Source: Methanomassiliicoccaceae archaeon (GTDB lineage: Archaea; Thermoplasmatota; Thermoplasmata; Methanomassiliicoccales; Methanomassiliicoccaceae). Taken from it: 64,000 nt of DNA. The stretch lies in assembly GCA_963728405.1 (NCBI GenBank), contig CAVSJV010000005.1:320001-384000 (forward strand), written 5' to 3'. The position numbers and the translations under genes are program-made. The notes beneath the pieces are model-generated. The model saw only the letters and a list, made by a program, of their open reading frames with translations, did not search any database and had not been told where the DNA came from. This document shows, one piece after another, positions 61,801 through 64,000 of this stretch (its first letter is position 1; every line of letters starts with the position of its first letter).

Positions 61801-63779
61801 TCGGTGATGAGGCGCAGCTTCTCCTCCCGTTCCCGCAGGGCAAGCTCGGCGACTTTGGCATCTGAGATGTCTCGTGAGCTAAGCACGGCCCCACAGGCCT
61901 CTCCCTCCTCGTCGAGGACGACCGAGCCCCTCGTCTCCATCCACACATAGCGCCCGTCCCGGCGTAGATAACGGGCCACTATCCTGCTCTTCCCCTTGGT
62001 CACCCCGTCATTGGCAATGATCTCGGCCAGGGAGTGGCGGCTATCAGGATGGATGATATCGAGATGGGTCTTGCCGATGAACTCCTCCGGCGAATAGCCC
62101 AGGACCTGGGCGATGGAGGGACTGGCGTACACCACCCTGCCCTCCTCATCTACCCGAGTGATGAGATCCTGCATGTTCGATGTGATGATGGCCAGCTCCT
62201 CCTGTTTGACCTTGAGGGCCCCCTCCACCAGCATCTTCTCCGACAGGTCCTCCACCAGGCCGATGTCGTATCGCATCCGGCCTTCATCGTCCCTGACCGC
62301 GGAGATGGTCAGCCTGACGTTGAGGTGCTGCCCCGTCCTGGTCACCAGGCGTTTCTCGATCTGGTAGCCGTCCCTGGTTCCCTCGATCATCTCTCCGAAC
62401 AGGGCAGCGTCCTTGCCCAGGTCGCCCGGATGAGTGATATCCTGGAAGCTCATGGACATGAGCTCCCGGCGCGAGTAACCGGTCATGGCCTCCAGGGTCG
62501 GATTGATCTCTAAGAACCTTCCCTCAGGGTCGGCCAGCCCGATCCCGATGGCGCTGTTCTCGAAGATGGCCCGGAGCCGGGACTCGTTGGCCTTTAGAGC
62601 GTTCTCGGCCATGCGGCGGTCGGTGATGTCATGGAAGCTCCATACTCGGCCGATGACCCCCTCCTCGGACCGTTGAGGACGAGTGACCATCTCGAACGCC
62701 CTTCCATCGATGAACTCGAGCACGTCGGATGAAGAGATCTCCCGGTCCTCGGTCAGCTCGGTTGCCCTTCTCTGGAACAGGCCCGGGTCCTTCAGTTGGT
62801 CCAGGACCTCGCCCAGTAGGTTGCGGCCATCGTCCTTCGACGATGAGGGGAGCTTCCACATCTCCAGGAACTGGGTGTTGTATGCCACCACGTCCTGGTC
62901 CAGGTTAACCACTAATATACCGTCGGTGGTCGATTCAAGGGTAGCCTTGAGCAGAGAGACCGAGCTCTTGAGCTTCTCCTCCGTTTGGTGAAGGGCGGTC
63001 ATGTCCCCTCCGATGCTCAGGATCTCCTTAACCCGCCCTTCCTTGTCGGTGATGACCTTATTGGTCCAGGCGATCCAGACCTTCTCCCCGTTACCCTTGA
63101 TGTTCTGACTGATGGTGTAAGGGTTCTCGATGTGGTTCTGCACCAGAGTGTCGAGGGACTCGACCAGGTTGTTTCCGCGGTCATCGATGAGGGGGGTGAT
63201 GGTCCCGATGATCGATCGTCCCACGATCTCGTCCCATTTGTAGCCGAAAAAGGTCTGGGCATACTCGTTGATGAACTGGACTCGCCCTTCGGTGTCTATC
63301 CTCAGGATGATGGAGTTCGAGCACTCGACCAGTTCGCGATACTTCCGCTCGCTTTCCTGCAAGGCCTTCTCGGTCGCGCTCTTCTGGGCGAGCTTGACGA
63401 TGGCGTTCCGAAGTTCCCGGAACTGGACCTTGGGGTCCCCACCTTTCTGCAGGTAGAAGTCAGCGCCGTTGTTGATCGCCTCGATAGCGACCTCCTCACG
63501 TCCTTTGCCGGTGAAGAGGATGAACGGCGTGATATCTCCCGTGGCCTTCAGGGCCTTGAGCAGCTCTACACCGTCCATCGTCGGCATTTGGTAATCAGAT
63601 ACGATCACATCGAAGGCCTGGGACCGCAAGGAAGCGAGCGCTTCGACACCGCTATTCATGACCGTTACCTCTATACCTCCGTCCAGCTCCAGGAATACCT
63701 TGGTGACCTCGAGCAGGGCCGGCTCATCGTCGATGTAAAGGGCATGTATCGCGGGGGCGGTCAAGCGGTTAAAAAACAA
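58890..63779 (-). CDS. Hybrid sensor: REC + 10 PAS/PAC domains + histidine kinase
   Basis: N-terminal REC, repeated DITERK linkers, H-box RHDVHN, N-box FHNLVENSVRYG, G1 DNGVGI. Intact 1629-aa ORF. Confidence 0.93.
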   Translation of the reverse strand: MFFNRLTAPAIHALYIDDEPALLEVTKVFLELDGGIEVTVMNSGVEALASLRSQAFDVIVSDYQMPTMDGVELLKALKATGDITPFILFTGKGREEVAIEAINNGADFYLQKGGDPKVQFRELRNAIVKLAQKSATEKALQESERKYRELVECSNSIILRIDTEGRVQFINEYAQTFFGYKWDEIVGRSIIGTITPLIDDRGNNLVESLDTLVQNHIENPYTISQNIKGNGEKVWIAWTNKVITDKEGRVKEILSIGGDMTALHQTEEKLKSSVSLLKATLESTTDGILVVNLDQDVVAYNTQFLEMWKLPSSSKDDGRNLLGEVLDQLKDPGLFQRRATELTEDREISSSDVLEFIDGRAFEMVTRPQRSEEGVIGRVWSFHDITDRRMAENALKANESRLRAIFENSAIGIGLADPEGRFLEINPTLEAMTGYSRRELMSMSFQDITHPGDLGKDAALFGEMIEGTRDGYQIEKRLVTRTGQHLNVRLTISAVRDDEGRMRYDIGLVEDLSEKMLVEGALKVKQEELAIITSNMQDLITRVDEEGRVVYASPSIAQVLGYSPEEFIGKTHLDIIHPDSRHSLAEIIANDGVTKGKSRIVARYLRRDGRYVWMETRGSVVLDEEGEACGAVLSSRDISDAKVAELALREREEKLRLITDNMKDVITQVDRDGIINYSSPSVRTVLGYEMEICLGQNYVRHVHPEDRDRVHWFLAEALRGITVASTEFRYLHSDGNYIWLETLGSPLRGSKGQIEGLVLCSRDVTERREAKEDLYNTERKFRDIFDHANDAIYIIDRTGRLLEVNKVACQRLGYAYRELVHMNVADFDGRYRLEETVQQIAGQLSGSQGMVETIHLTRDGRETPVEVNSTPIIYGDGKVLLCIARDISERKDAERRLLSSEHLLRQTQSTAHIGGYHIDLGKGISEWTDEAFRICGIDPIREWSRREEYLKLVLPQDRDMVNQAWWEMPEKDTEIDFVYRLFTPDGRLRYIHNRGKIELNEDGDVVGIFGTIMDVTDLKEAERKLLESQRLLAEAQKQSRTGSYRYNIGTWEVKWSEEMFHLVGLDPGRDEPTIEEYFMLVHPEDLPGLKGGVRRAVETMSPYDIIYRVRVGNGFKIFQSSGKVVAAVDGTPSYIIGTVTDITEKRQVEEEKQLMERRFREIFDNANDIILIVDPEGKLLEANTMASRRLDYSREELLDASLSDIVEPSLRQTMRETLAKIMQEGELLFESRHFSKHGATVPVEISSKVVNIEGRAAILTVARDITERKDAERHLMESRRLLAEAEKASKVGSFRVNWNDGWVQTSEELKNIMGVAHGHKMNMNLVQRTIHPEDRGRMADAIERVKNGQNEVDLDFRLIVADGTMKYVQSRTRLEYEENGQVVGIFGTIMDITERKKAEQAAKLAELKISLLGDITRHDVHNKITALSGYLQLAEVRSTDPATRELIAKARLAAQSITHQMAFAREYQSLGQNEAHWMDLAEAYRKGVANLDLGRVSVHGALDGYEVFADPMLEKVFHNLVENSVRYGRTATFIGLSTSITEAGLRIVCQDNGVGISDEDRPKLFDWEFRGRRGHGLHLIQEVLRISGMTIRETGEGGQGSSFEILVPPGRFRATSEGCRTSQAEKAPG

Positions 63780-63807
63780 TGTCGGTGATTATGAATGCAT
63801 TTCACTA

Positions 63808-63849
63808 CAATATCAATTATGATATTATCATAATAATAATTTGATATTG
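63808..63849. promoter_or_regulatory. AT-rich nested palindrome upstream of the PAS kinase
   Basis: Perfect 9-1-9 ATTATGATA-T-TATCATAAT (63816-63834) nested in CAATATCAA...TTGATATTG. Confidence 0.55.
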
Positions 63850-64000
63850 ACCACCTTGGTTTTAATTCCCTCCTTAAAGAGCGCGTTGCCTCTCCCGAAA
63901 GTTCCGGATGGGCAGCAGTACTTACACCGGCTCCCATCGTCAAAAATGATTCAGGCCAAGGAGGAACGTGAGGTCCAGCTCGAACGGAGGGAGCAGTTAC

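Noticed and set aside
1-64000. Programmed ribosomal frameshifting as the explanation for split genes; mobile elements
   Set aside because: Shift sites share no slippery motif and affect unrelated housekeeping genes. No transposase, integrase, att site or terminal inverted repeats were found.

Overview
A GC-rich archaeal chromosomal window, most likely from a Methanomassiliicoccales-like methanogen. This is inferred from archaeal-type cobT/cobY/cbiZ/cobZ, an MtaA/MtbA-like methyltransferase, REC domains with the YLQKGGDP motif, and a giant FN3 surface protein. Contents in order: a corrinoid uptake/salvage operon (btuFCD, cobD, cbiB, cbiZ-cobZ fusion, cobS, cobY); a cardiolipin synthase remnant; an uncharacterised operon with a four-fold internally repeated membrane protein flanked by LEA_2-like proteins; an accessory block (sugar porter + GH15, ClC, anaerobic sulfatase maturase, DUF6325/SHOCT, K+ channel, BASS symporter, Cys-type arylsulfatase); cobT, an ApgM-like gene, hypF, gcvH, mtnP; a ~2,140 aa protein with 22 FN3 repeats; a his-lysC-pheA operon without hisD; a cluster of B12 radical SAM, Cys-rich wHTH regulator and MtaA-like gene with a structured leader; and a REC-10xPAS histidine kinase. 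About 35 single-base frameshifts split many genes and look like long-read indel errors, so several CDS boundaries are reconstructed by hand. No rRNA, tRNA, CRISPR array, integrase or transposase was seen. Product calls rest on recognised motifs, not database searches.
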